Shown: piece by piece, positions 36,736 to 49,263 of the stretch | How positions within the stretch are numbered: position 1 is the stretch's first letter | Layout: each line of letters starts with the position of its first letter | Assembly (NCBI GenBank): GCA_030704615.1 | Contig: CM060733.1 | Location: 58,404,001 to 58,468,000 of the forward strand | DNA from: Takakia lepidozioides | Taxonomy: Eukaryota; Plantae; Bryophyta | Length of the DNA: 64,000 nucleotides | Direction: 5' to 3' | Translations under genes and position numbers: made by a program | Notes under the pieces: model-generated | Databases searched by the model: none | The model's input: only the letters and a program-made list of their open reading frames with translations | Told to the model about the DNA's origin: nothing

Positions 36736-39700
36736 AGTAGAAGAAGAACACTTCTTCTTCTTCTACTGCCCTCTACTGTTTATTCAGTGGAACCCAAACT
36801 CTCACTGATGTCTTCCACTATGAGGATCAAAAATGCTTGGCAGCCTACCTGCACGAGGCCTTCACCCTTAGACAATCGCTAGAACATTAATTGTTATTCT
36901 TGGTTTCTGGATTTGTTCCTCTCTCATGTTTTCTTCCATTTTGTCCCATAAGCTCTATGAGCTTTCTGTGGACGTTATAAAGCACCATTTCATTTCATTT
37001 CATTTGTTTCCTATGAGCTCTATGAGCTTTCCGCGGACGTTATAAAGCACCATTTCATTTCTCTTGTTTTTTCCATTTTGTCCCATAAGCTCTTTGAGCT
37101 TTCTGGGGACGTTATAAAGTACCATTTCATTTCATTTCTCTTAGATACTATTGCCTATTCTGAGATAGCCAATACCTTACAGAGGTTTTCAAGTACAAGG
37201 ATCAGAAATGTTGCAGCATATCTGCATAAGGCATTATCTCTTAGACAGTCCCTTCATCAAGTTGTTTTTGTGCTGCTTGTTGGGGGCCCACCTCTCTTTC
37301 TTGTTTCCTGCTTTCCCATAGGGTCTATGGCCACAAGGCTACAGCAATAAATGTCTTATGTGTACATTCTCTTGTCCCTTAAGTGAAAATAACCATGTTT
37401 TGCCGGGTTATTAGGCCTGCATTGGAGTACGCATCTGCAGTATGGGTTGATAACTCCAACCAAGAATCCATTCAAGTGGGGTGCTTAAGGAGTGCATGTC
37501 AGCATATAAGACGTTGCTAAGTCCTGGTGGAAGAGAGTAGAAGAGATTCTCAAGGATCTGAATCTAAGTCCGCAAGCCTTGACCCTGCTGGATAAATCTG
37601 GCTTAGAGGCTTTAGTGTCCAAAGCCATGTCTGTTGCCAGGAAATTGTCTGATGAAATTGAAGTTAGGCAGAAAACTTCCCTGAACTTGCTTCCAGTCTG
37701 GAGCTCATGGGAGTTCTTGGGTGATTTATGGTCTAAGCTGACCAACGTATGCAGAACAGTCCCCATGTCATTAACAGCACATGGGAAGTGAGCTCTTGGT
37801 ATCCTTTGTACAAATATGAAACATCCAAAATGGATGTTGAAGCATGGAACCCAGTGGTCATTGTGTTCATTTGTGATTTCTGTTCTAGTTGTTGCATGGT
37901 CTTGTTACGAAGCTATCCAAACGGAGCTGATGTTTTACTGACCGGGGCATGAAACTCAGTCCGAGGCCGCCTTGGTTCTTATACACAAATGACATTTGAA
38001 TCACTGGGTCATGCTAGCTAAAGGGCTGGCATTCAAACCATGCCAGAGTCAAAATGTTGACTTACTGCTTTCATGACTCTCTCTGTGAGATGTAGGTGAA
38101 GAGTGTAGAACAAGTATGTAGTGCACTTACCCTTATACATGTTTGGATCTGAAAAATGTAGTGGTGTTGATGTGGCAGATGTTGTTACTTAAACGTGGAG
38201 GTCAAGTTATCTACATGGGTCCCTTGGGGCTCAATTCTCATACACTTGTTGAGTACTTTGAGGTGAGATCTTTAACATGGGGAGACCAAGATAGAGATAC
38301 ACAAGGAGAGAGAGAATTTACGAATCTACACATTGACAAGAACTGGCCACAACATACCCTAGAGGAGAAGTCCTTGCAGGCCTCCCTGAGCTGGTGTCAA
38401 CCAACCACAGTAGTTGAGATGGAGAATACCATAGAGCCCATGCGCAGAAGTGCGGTTACCAGGAAGTAAGAGTCTGTTTAATAACCAGGTCGCCGTTAGA
38501 GCAGACTAGAAAGCATGGCATTGATTCCAGTACTGCTTCTCCAGCTTTGTAGCCAAAACATGACTGTAGTTGCACTGCCAATCGTTCTTTTGAGGATGTA
38601 GAGGGGAAACCAGGTGAATTTTCCCTTGAAGTAGACAGATCTATGGGACTACCAAAATACGATCACAGTGAGAAACTAAGATACGGTGAGCTTTGTAGCC
38701 TTTTGTCTATAGATCCCACTTACAGTTTGAGGGGAACTGAAAAACAGGGGTTGGAGAGCTCAATGCGGTCACTCTCTTTGATTGAGGCTTGCTTCAGTTT
38801 CCTCCATAAAGGTCTTTTAGTATCAAATTGATTCCAAAAATGCCTCCGGGAATTGAAACCCCAGATCAGTTGCATGTTTTGACAGGCCCACAGACAGTTG
38901 AGATAAGTGAACTGCTCACTCTATGATGTACGCTTCATGGCTGGGAGTAACTCTGAGGACTCTCTTTGACATAAATTACAAGACAAACTAATGTGGATGT
39001 CTGATGTGGTGTGCAGGCTGTTCCTGGAGTTCCAAAAATCAAGGATGGATACAACCCTGCCACGTGGATGCTTGAAGTGAGTTCTGTTGCAGTGGAGCAA
39101 CAGCTTGGCGTAGATTTTGCAGATGTGTACAAAAACTCTTCTCTTTACGAGTACGGACGTTCTGGCCCTCTTTCTACACTTCCTTTTTCATCATATGTGA
39201 GACTAGCTAGATTTAATCTCAATGGTACAAATAAACTGTGAGAGAGCTTTGTCAGTTCCATGCCAAGCAATTCTCCATGGATGTGTAGCTGCAAGCTGTT
39301 GGCATCCTGGGTAGTGGCAAAACATACATTTATGAAAACCCTATTTTGCTGCAACCAAGACCTAACTCAATGCTGAAGTCTCATCCTTTGCAGAAGCAGA
39401 TGAGGACCTGATGTTGCTTTTGGGCTGCTTTTTGGCTTTGGTTTTGTCTGCTCTCTTGTTTTTTTTCCATTTTGTCCCATAAGCTCTTTGAGCTTTCTGC
39501 GGACGTTATAAAGTACCATTTCTTTTCATTTAATTTCCTTCGTCTCTGCCGCCTTGTCGTGCTCCATCCAACTGCGCATAGGGTGTAGGGCCACAAGGCT
39601 ATAGCCGGCAGTCTAATAAATCATCTCTTTCTAACCTGATGCTAACTGATATTTCTTTGTGGTGCAGACAAAATAGGGCACTTGTGAAGGAGCTTAGCAG

Positions 39701-41289
39701 CCCACTTCCAGGATCCAAAGACCTATATTTTCCCACGCAGTATGCACAGCCTGCATTTCAACAGTTGAAATCATGCACTTGGAAAATGAGTAAGACGTAT
39801 TTCCGCAACCCCGACTATAATGGGGTTCGATATATCTTCAGCATCGGAGCTGCTATCTTGTTTGGCACAATTTTCTGGGACTTTGGCCAGAAAGGGTAGG
39901 TGGTTATGCTATTGCCTTTTTCTCTTTGCCTGGTCAAGCAGACTGTGTGGGTTCCTTGCCTGCAATTGGCTTCATCTCAAGGTTGTGGTCCTTGTCATGT
40001 TAAGTAACTTGGAAACAATGGTAATAACTGTTCTGATCATTCCAGGGTTGGTTTAAACACAGTTTAATAAATATGTTTGTGCAGGATGGATCCACTTAAA
40101 TTAGCTGCTGGCCAAGAAGGAAGTCACTTGACCTCAGATTCGTGTATGTGTGGGTGCAGAAATGATCAGGCAAAATTGTTCAGTGTCATGGGAGCCATGT
40201 ATGCGGCTTGTTTGTTCCTTGGGAACAACAACACTATGGCAGTGCAACCTCTGATTTCCATAGAGCGTACTGTGTTCTACCGGGAGAGGGCAGCTAGAAT
40301 GTACTCAGCCATACCTTATGCCATGTCTCAGGTACCTCTTACCAGTTTGAATCCATGATTTTTCTACCAATAAGGAGAAACTGTGTTAAGCTGGCTCTAT
40401 TTGCTCATGATGATTTCCTTAAGACTTGGAAAGAATGACAGACCCCCCAAAACACCCACCCTCTCCATTTCCACTCCCTTCTCTCTCAGCTAGTAGGACC
40501 CAAAGTGGTTTTAGCAGTTTACCTGCATTAGGCCCAGTGACATTTGGGGTTTGATAATTTCTTAATTACTCTTATTCATCTTCTGACTTCTGCAGTTTGT
40601 CTCCACAGGTTCTGATTGAGATGCCCTATGTGTTTGTCCAGACTATTATTTATGCGTTGATCACGTACTCCATGATAAACTTTGAATGGACAGGTGCTAA
40701 GTTTATGTGGTATGTTTTCATCATGTTCACCACTTTTCTCTACTGCACATATTATGGGATGATGGCAGTCGCCCTCACCCCAAACCAGCAAATTGCAGCT
40801 ATCACGGCCTCCGGATTCTACTCTCTTTGGAATCTCTTTTCTGGATTTTTAATCCCCAGGCCGGTAAGTCACTCAATTTTGTTCATAACCTTGTACATCT
40901 CTGTACAGTACTTCGGTGACAGATTCCAGTTGCTCTCCATCTGGGTGTGCAGGTTCTGTGGCTACAAGGCTTTGGCTTCATCTCTCTTGCTTTCATTCCT
41001 GATAAACTTATTGCTGGGGGGCCTACTTTTCTTGTCCTGCTTTCTGTTTCCCCTTGTCCCTGTGGATGTTCTAAAGCTCCTTTCTTTCTTTCTAGAAGAA
41101 GAACACTTCTTCTTCTACTGCCCTCTATACTACGAGATCCGTGGGAGAAGACAGAAACTTTCTAATGTTCACAGAGGGCCATGAGGATTGTACTCACGAG
41201 ACATTTGTTGCAGCCTTGTGGCTACAGACACACTACCTTTGTGAGGGTCTCACTCCAGTCGTGGGACTTAGAGGGCCATGAGGGACAGA

Positions 41290-41650
41290 GGGAAATGAAA
41301 TGAAATGGTACTTTAAACTCCCGCGGAAAGCTCAAAGAGCTTATGGGACTTTAGAAAGAAATGACATGAAATGAAATGATACTCTATAACGTCTGCGGAA
41401 AGCTCAAAGAGCTTATGGGACTTTGGAAAGAAATGAAATGAAATGGTACTTCATAACGTCCGCGGAAAGCTCATAGAGCTTATGGGACAAAATGGAAACA
41501 TGAGAGAGGAACAAGTCCAGAAACCACAATTAATGTTCTAGCGGATGTCGAAGGGTGAAGGCCTCGTGCAGGTAGGCTGCCAAGCATTTTTTATCCTCAT
41601 AGTGGAAGACATCAGTGAGAGTTTGGGTTCCACTGAATAAACAGTGGAGT
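41290..41650 (-). mobile_element. Tandem antisense RTE-X-like 3'-end fragments in the last ABCG intron
   Basis: Three (GAAAT)n + CGCGGAAAGCTCA(A/T)AGAGCTTATGGGAC units, then the reverse complement of the ORF2 end. Confidence 0.85.
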
Positions 41651-43229
41651 TCACAGTCCTTTCTACTAGGAGATGTGTGGGAGATACCAATGTCTGTTCC
41701 GATATAGCCAATCTCTCACAGAGATGCTTTTGGAGGGCCTCACTCTCTTTCTTGTTTCATGCTTTCCCTTGTCCCATAAGCTCTTTGAGCTTCCTGCGGA
41801 CAATATAGGTATCATTTCATTTCATTCCATGTCATTCCATTTCTCTGTTATTTTCATTTCTCTCCATTTTCTTTTTCTTCAATTGTCTTTTACATTCCTT
41901 CTTGTACCTCACTTCTTTGGTCCCATAAGCTCTTGGAGCTTCGTGAGGACATCATAAAGTTCCTTCCCTTCCTTTCCTGTCTCCCTCTATCCTGTGCTTA
42001 GTTGGGGTGGCTGGGTGGTCTATGCAGAGAATTCCAATATGGTGGAGGTGGTATACCTGGGCATGTCCCCTCCATTACACCCTCTACGGTCTCATTGCAT
42101 CCCAGTTTGGGGATGTAGACAAGACCTTCGTTGAAAATAATGTTGCCAGTAATATATCGACCAAGGACTACATAGCCAATCACTTTGGCTTCCACCACAG
42201 CTTCCTTGGAGTGGTAGCCGCAATGCTTATCATCTTCCCATCTCTCTTTGCCTTTGTTTTTGCCTACGCCGTCAAAAAATTCAATTTCGTGAGGCGTTGA
42301 GCAGACCACAAGCTTGTGCATGACAAGAGGTTTGCCTCTTTCAAAATGCCTGTTCCATCAGAGCTTGAAACCAACCCAATCCTCCTTACCTGAGAGTTTT
42401 GATTTGACAACCAAGTGGAAGGCATCAAGTTCGTATCTGTATCCTGAAGGTGTGGGAGGAGTATCGAAGGGTAATAAAAGTGTAACTGTTTGTACAATGT
42501 GAAGAGAACATACCATAGGGTGGGGGGAATTATGCTTTAAAAATGCTTGCTAGTCGCACTCTTTCTATGAGCCCAACTTTTTTGCAGTTTGTCACTTCAC
42601 AGAAGGCTTTTCACACATGACAGGAAAAGGATTGACAGCAAAGGATTGAGATAAAGGAAAGGGCACAGCAAGCTGAGGCTATGTAATGGATAATCAAAGC
42701 ATTGATTTGCTGAAATTGGGACACATTTGTAGGCTAGATTACCACTCAGTTGTGCATGAGCTGAATGTAAGTAAGCTACATGATCTTCTGTAATTTACAG
42801 CTCCAGCCCTTTGACATTACCGAAGAGGCTCGCTCTCTTTCCAACTTTTTAATTTCATTTTTAAGATACGATGAATATCTTAAAGTTTTGCCTTTGGAGT
42901 AGATGAAAGAGGGAATAATTTTCATTTTAAAAAGTGAACTTTGGGGGAAAAAAAAGGTGGCAATTGTGGAATGCAAAACTATTATAGTAGTGAATGCTAG
43001 TACTAACTACTTACTAATGGATACTTTTGCAGAATCTTCAAATGTCTCTCCAGACTTTGTCCCAGCAGCCTTGAGGTAAACTGTGGTTGCCCCATTTGGC
43101 TGTCCATTTTCTTTGAAAAGAGCGAGGTGGGTTGATGAGAGAGTAACCCAGCTTCACTGAATAACCAAAGAAAGGGGTTTCCGGCTTCCTATGGAAACTG
43201 GCACACAAAATACTCCCCATCAGGCTTGT

Positions 43230-43750
43230 TACCCATGAGAACCAGCCTGCCTGCCCCCTCTGCCTACTTGAACCGGAGTCTATTGAACACTATTTGCTTT
43301 CCTGCAATATCTCAAGTAGGATATGGAGAGTAATTCTTGGATTCTATTCTCACTGGGCCTCTTTCTCCAATCCACCCCCTCCTTCACTGCGCTCCTCTCA
43401 ATGTTCAGATTGCTCAAAATCTCAGGTTAGTTGCCCGGTCCCTGGCTGCTTCTCTAAGGGCTCACACCTTATGGAATCTGTGGAAAAGCAAGGTTTTGCC
43501 TGGGTTTATGAGGGCAAACACCCCAGAGGCAGATCGATCTTGTTTTCAATACATATCATGATCCTGTTAACTGAGGGAAAAAGCGTGGGACTCTGTGTGT
43601 GCAGCTTCAGCTATTCCAGAACTTCAGAACAACGAGGACGCAAACTGCTTCAAGATTCATACACTCCTGGGGCAAAGGCGACCTGCTTGGCTCCCGGCCT
43701 TCCCGACAATGGCGCTTTTACCTAGAAAGACGCCATCTCTCATCTCCCAT
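43230..43750 (+). mobile_element. Degenerate L1-type LINE ORF2 C-terminal fragment (zf-RVT-like)
   Basis: CPLCLLEPESIEHYLLSCNISSRIW at ~43250-43326 and HTLWNLWK at ~43463; frames are broken. Confidence 0.55.
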
Positions 43751-44675
43751 CTCATCAATGGGAAGTCCCCTGGTGGGAGGGAGATGAAGGCCCGAATTTC
43801 AATTTTTTGGAGGCATAAAAGCACTAAGGGAACACTAAATCAAGAGAGCACAACCTGAGGTTCTGATACCTGGGTTTTGGATCAGCTCGGACTCTCTACC
43901 AACACTGGCAGTCAGCTGTACTGAATGATTTCTTTCTATTTCTTGCTCTCCCCCAATCTTAAACTACTACTTACTCCCTCCACTCTATTCCTCACTTAGC
44001 AGCCTTTGGGCACTCAAAACCTTCAAATCGCGAACATGTTATGTTATTGCAAACGCTGCCCCTCCTCCTGCACTTCCTTCGCTTTTCCTGTTTACCTCCT
44101 CTTTACAAACCACTATTTAGATCACCCTAAAATCCTTCCTATAATCTATACCTCTCCCACACACATATCTCTCTAGCTCTCGTTTACCAACCCTCTTGTT
44201 GTTTAGCTTGTTTGCTAGGGTCACGGGGAAGTTTCCCCTCAGTAAGCCTCAACGGCCCTTGGTGGTGGTTATTTTTTTTTTTTTTTTTTTTCCCACCTTC
44301 TGACTTTTTCTATTTAATTTGATTACAAGGGGCCTCTGTCCCATTTCATTTTTTTTTTAAAAAAAACAAAGTAACCAGTTTGCCGTTGCCGAATTCCAGA
44401 AAAATTTCCAGAAAATTGGTGAAGCTTTAGATGAAAAAATTAATAAATAATTGTCTTAAGCCTGCAACCCTGGCGACCTTGCATGTAATTTTATTCCTGC
44501 AACCCTGGCGACCTTGCATGTAATTTTATTCGCCTCTCCATTGCGTCATTACTCCACAAGGAGTGCTGATGTTCAAATGCCTCGAGACCAAATCACTATC
44601 TTACAAACGCAATGCATTTCTGAAGAGATTATGTAGTAAGTGATCGTTGCCTGAGACAAAGACTGGGAGAAGCAC

Positions 44676-44996
44676 ATGACAGACAGAGACATGGACTTGG
44701 AGAAGTCGCTGCGAGCTGAGATCAGCGCTTTACGGGCCTCTCTTCAGGAGAGCAATAGCAAGCTTCAAGGTCTGTCAAAACAACTCAATGACAAATCCAC
44801 ACATACGTGTCTTTCAAAACTGGAGGGTGAAGTGAAGACCCTCGTAGAGAAGGGCCTCCCAGATTCCCTCATGGCAAGCATCCACCTGCAGGTCGATTAC
44901 CTTAGCAAAGAGCTGGAAACACACAGAACTGCGACGTCTACAATGGCTCGGGAGCTCCAAGCTCACAAAGCAAAGACCTCCTCTTGGGCTGATATA
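44676..44996 (+). pseudogene. Coiled-coil ORF fragment (possibly LINE ORF1-like) cut by the terminus of element C
   Basis: Heptad-like LRAEISALRASLQESNSKLQGLSKQL ending in SSWADI exactly where the G-run terminus of element C starts. Confidence 0.4.
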
Positions 44997-45400
44997 GGGG
45001 GGGTGCTATTCCGTGAGCCTGGAGGCGTGAGCCTGTGAGCCCAGGAAAGCGTGAGCCCAGCACAGGCTCACGCCACGTCAGCATGCAAACAGTGCCTATT
45101 TCCGCGGATGTCACCTATTTCCGAGTGGTGTCACCTATTTCCGCGGGTTGATGTGGGGAGAATTGAGAATTGAGAACAAAGTGGTTTGTTTGTTTTTGCA
45201 ATGTACTCAAGTCTGTGAGGTCCACAAAACAACAAATATATTGAAGGAACAATCCGGGCAGTCCATGCAACCCCCATCTCCAACAATAGTTTGGAACCAT
45301 GAATGTGAATTCCATGCACACATTGCAAAGAGGACAATAAGGACACACAACCATCCCATTTCAAATTTGTCCCAGAATTAAACCAAAAGAATACTTCATA

Positions 45401-45489
45401 TCAAGTGTCGCAGTCATCACAATCAATGTCCACCTCCTGTGCTATGTCATCTACAAAGATTCTGGCCCCAACACCACGTGTTCTACGCA
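45401..45489 (-). pseudogene. Displaced final codons of ParB-MTase paralog 3
   Basis: RRTRGVGARIFVDDIAQEVDIDCDDCDT* aligns with the paralog-1 C-terminus RKHNRHLGARVYVDDTAQVSGVSSSD*. Confidence 0.8.
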
Positions 45490-48400
45490 GGGATGCCTCG
45501 GCGTGAGCCTGGTCACGTGAGCACGTGAGCGCGTGAGCGCGACTGCGCTCACGCCACGTCACCTTGCGCAAATGCCACGTCACGGGGCTCAGTCCACGTC
45601 ATCACACGTGGAGGCCGAGTCACCACGCACCCAGAAAGAAGTGGAGTGTATTCCCGCGGATTGGCACCCTTTACCGCGGAAACAAGCTGGACGACATAAT
45701 AAAAGGCATTGAATAAATGATGGATGAATGTACAGTTGGATGATAAACAGATGGATGAGTTTGAAAAATCTATGTAGATGGATGAATGACGGATGGATAA
45801 GAGTAAAATGGATGAATGTATAATGGATGTTGAGCAATGACAAAAATTCATGACAGGAAGATGCATGACCAAATCTTTTGACGAATGCACAAAGTATATG
45901 AAATGAGTGTGGAAGGTTTGTGGGGTGGATTAAAGAGTACAGAGGATGAATGTACAATGGATGTTGTACAAAGGAAGCTTTCATGAATGGAGCACGCATG
46001 AATACAGTGTAGATGAATGCACAATGGATATGAGAAGAGTCAGGAAGGTTTGTGAGATGGATTCATACATATAGCAATTTAAACGAAAGTTGATTCTGTG
46101 ATTATTATTTGTTCTAAAGGAACAACAACGGTAGAGTAAGGGGATTCAACGTTTCCAGATAATATGAAAATGAATATTAAAAGAATACAGTTCAGTCTGA
46201 CTCAGAGTCAGTACAATGTATCCCTCTTCCTCTGCATCTAAGTCTAAGTATTTTAGAACACCGGATCCACGCTGGATACACCTACGGCTGGCCACTAAAA
46301 AGTCAGGGGATAGGGACTCGGACGCGTGAAGTGCCATTGCTTCGGCATAAACAGGAGCAGAAAATTGGAAAGGGGGCTGTCGAAAAGACAGACTCGCAGA
46401 AATGACTGTATCTCCTGAAGATCCACCGCTGGCTTTCCTGAAAGACAGCCTGAAAAAGTTATTACTGTAACTTTGATGTTATCGAGAAATTGAGTATGAC
46501 TCCCAAAGAGGGTTTAGCACTTACTCACATGAAAAGTCGTTGTCGACCTGCTTATCTTCGGGATCGTCATCATTTCGAATATGAAATCCGATCAGTCTGT
46601 GTGCCTGAAGTGGAGCCAGACAAAAGGGGGAGGAGCACTGTGTTGTAGAGGTCAGAATCACCCTCCATACCAAAAGGCTTCTTCCGCCTGCCTTGCATGC
46701 GTGGTAAGTTGCTCCTGCACCAGACAGGAGAACATAACAGTTTGGAGGAGGGGATTTAAGCAGATGAAACTGTTGAAAGGAAACCAATTCGGAAGGGAGA
46801 AAACGAACCTGTGGACACAGAAAGATCGACCACCCGTGCAGAGCGGTGGCTGCATGACTCCAGCAGTATTTGCATGAATGCTGGTGACTTTTCCTTTGCA
46901 CCTCTCCAGGGAGTGCCATCTGGTCTCTTCAGAGTCTGACTGGACTGCATGAAGTTGTACAAAATGTCATCGACATGGGGCTCATAGGGGGGGTTGACGA
47001 AACAACCCTGGTCAGAAATCTCAAAGCTGCGGATGGAGGATGGTGTCTTTGATGTGCGAATCCTCCGCAGGCAGATCGCCTCGAACATCCTCGTCTGCCA
47101 AAGATAGCAGGTTAGTGTGGTAAACACAATCTAAAGTGGAAGTGTGTACATCGGCTATTCAGAACTCTGACACCAAAAAACCATGAATCGTTGATGATCG
47201 GTGTCGATCATAAAACATTCTACTAGAGTGGAGCTGCAGAGAAAATTGAAACTCATGATCAAAGCATAAGCAGAAGGCAGACGGCATACCAGCTGACCAG
47301 GGAAACCCCCTTTCACAAGGTAGAGGCTGTTCACACAATTCCATGTGCGCAAAACTTCAAACCCTGAAGACTTGAGGTATGATGCCAATGCCCGACGACT
47401 ATCATTGTCACATGACTGAAAAAGCAGAAGTGTCCCTGCATCAGAGAGGAAATTGTTACAGAACCCGAATACCCAACTCCAGTAGTTGTCCTCGAATTTG
47501 TTCCACCCTGGCGTCTTGCCCTTTGGAAGAACTTCTGGCACAGCCTGGCCATCCGGGATGTCGAGAATGACAATGTCGGCCGCATAAGTTTTCTGCACAC
47601 CGCACACGAAGGTGGGACCTGTGCTCACCTGCAACAGACATGTTTTTTATAAGAACGATGGCAAGAATGTTTTCAAAGAACGAGACTGAAATACTGCCAA
47701 CGAAACATTCAGAGAAAAAGGAAAGAAAGTGGAATTCTCACCAGATTGAGGAATGAGATTATATTGTCCCAGGTAGGGGATGGCACCCCAGTGTATCCTC
47801 TCTTTCGACTCTGCATCATCGAAAGCCAACCCTCATTAACAATTTTCATCTCTCCTGCTGAATCAGAACGGGAAGGGTGTGGCTTGGCATCGAACACGCA
47901 CTGAAGAGTGCGGGTATATCTTCCAGCACTAAAGTCCTGCCCACTCTCCATCTCCTTTTCATTCTCCTTCCCCTTGTCCTTTTCCTTCTCTTTGGACTTG
48001 TCTTTGTCCTTTGGCTTTGCTGGTGAGATGGCTATGACATCAACAGCCTTGTCTTTTGGTTTGCGGCCCGCCTTCTTTCCCTTCTGCGGCGTTCCCTGAG
48101 CATCAGGCTCCTTGGCAGCCAAGGTTGCTATGTTTCGTTGATACTCTTCGTCAGTCAAAGGCGCCAGCATCTCAGCGTTATTGTTCAAGTATTTCATATG
48201 CTGTTCTTGAAAGGTCGTGTGCTCAGGTGGGCAGTCAAGGTACCACCCACAGTCTCTGAAGTGAGAAGGACTCCAGTCCTTCAATATCCCTGCAGTATAC
48301 ATGGTTGGATCGTTTGCAGGGTCCGACCACATGTCAAGATAGTCGGGAATTCCGCTCAGGTGATTTCCTTCCATAAGCACATATTTCGTGTACCTGAAAA

Positions 48401-48537
48401 AAGGAGATGAATCCCAACCCACAAAAGCGCTCAGTGAGTAAGATGCAAGTAGAACAGAAAGAATAAAACATGGATTGAAATGGCTCTGACAACTGCTCCA
48501 AGGACCTTTCAGGACCACACTACTGCTCCTCCAGATA

Positions 48538-49263
48538 TGAATGTCGTCAACGCCATTCAGAACATTCCATTCCATGACACTGTAAATACATCCTAATCCA
48601 GGTGAATGCAAATAAGCGATTAGAAATGACACAGACATAGAAGTGAATGTCGTCAACGACATTCAAGAATGAAGCCAAATTATTACTGAAATGAAGCAAA
48701 ATCACAGGATGGAAATAAAAAATTGAGTAAGGAACCATCCAGGAAAACTCAATGCACATTCATAACATAACGAACCTATCACTGAGGACCTCACAACATC
48801 ACTGTATGTGAATGGCGTCAACGCCATTCACAAAAATACAAAAAAAAACCAATTACTTAGCTCCCCAATCCATGAAAATTGAATTTGTCGTTTTTTAATA
48901 ATACAGACACAGCTGTGAATGTCGTCAACGACATTCACTTTGGATTTCTTAAAACAGAGCTTATCAAGCCTCCATATTCATCGCAAGAGGAAAAAACAAT
49001 GCAGAACAACTGAATGTCTGCATTGACATTCAGCAAAATGAAGTGATCAACCCTCATTGTAACCTCTATGGACATTACAAAATTTTAATAACCTTGAGGA
49101 CCACACAACAACTCCGTATGTGAATGTCGTCAACGCCATTCAAGGACATTATCAATTCTAATCAGGGACAATATAATTGCACCCTTAGATCCTAACCAGG
49201 TGAATTCATATACTCGCTTAAGAATGACTCAGACAAAGAAGTGAATGTCGTCAACGACATTCA
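48538..49263. repeat. Seven palindromes TGAATGKCG-TCAA-CGMCATTCA in intron 5 of paralog 2
   Basis: Copies at 48538, 48643, 48808, 48915, 49010 (degenerate), 49120 and 49241. Partly inside duplicated blocks 48590-48666/49189-49264 and 48784-48830/49096-49142. Confidence 0.93.

Larger units (their letters stand above)
18883..42300 (+). pseudogene. Full-size ABCG (PDR-type) ABC transporter gene, ~25 exons, probably disabled
   Basis: PDR motifs in order: [19 protein letters not shown] (20873+), [19 protein letters not shown] (22211+), [10 protein letters not shown] (~23570), [15 protein letters not shown] (24535+), GMILPFEPLSISFDDIKYFVDMP (~31455), [12 protein letters not shown] (34621+), [38 protein letters not shown] (35164+), [10 protein letters not shown] (~39050), [11 protein letters not shown] (~40262), KFNFVRR* (42300). 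Apparent frameshifts near 19024, 27545 and 27977. Confidence 0.9.

Noticed and set aside
44461-44530. 35-bp direct duplication CCTGCAACCCTGGCGACCTTGCATGTAATTTTATT
   Set aside because: A simple local duplication with no link to the element termini or any evident function.
46980-47000. NPPY in paralog 2 as the canonical MTase catalytic motif
   Set aside because: It is not conserved (NDNF in paralog 1, no NPPY in paralog 3) and does not follow the hydrophobic strand expected before motif IV; the DIPD site fits better.
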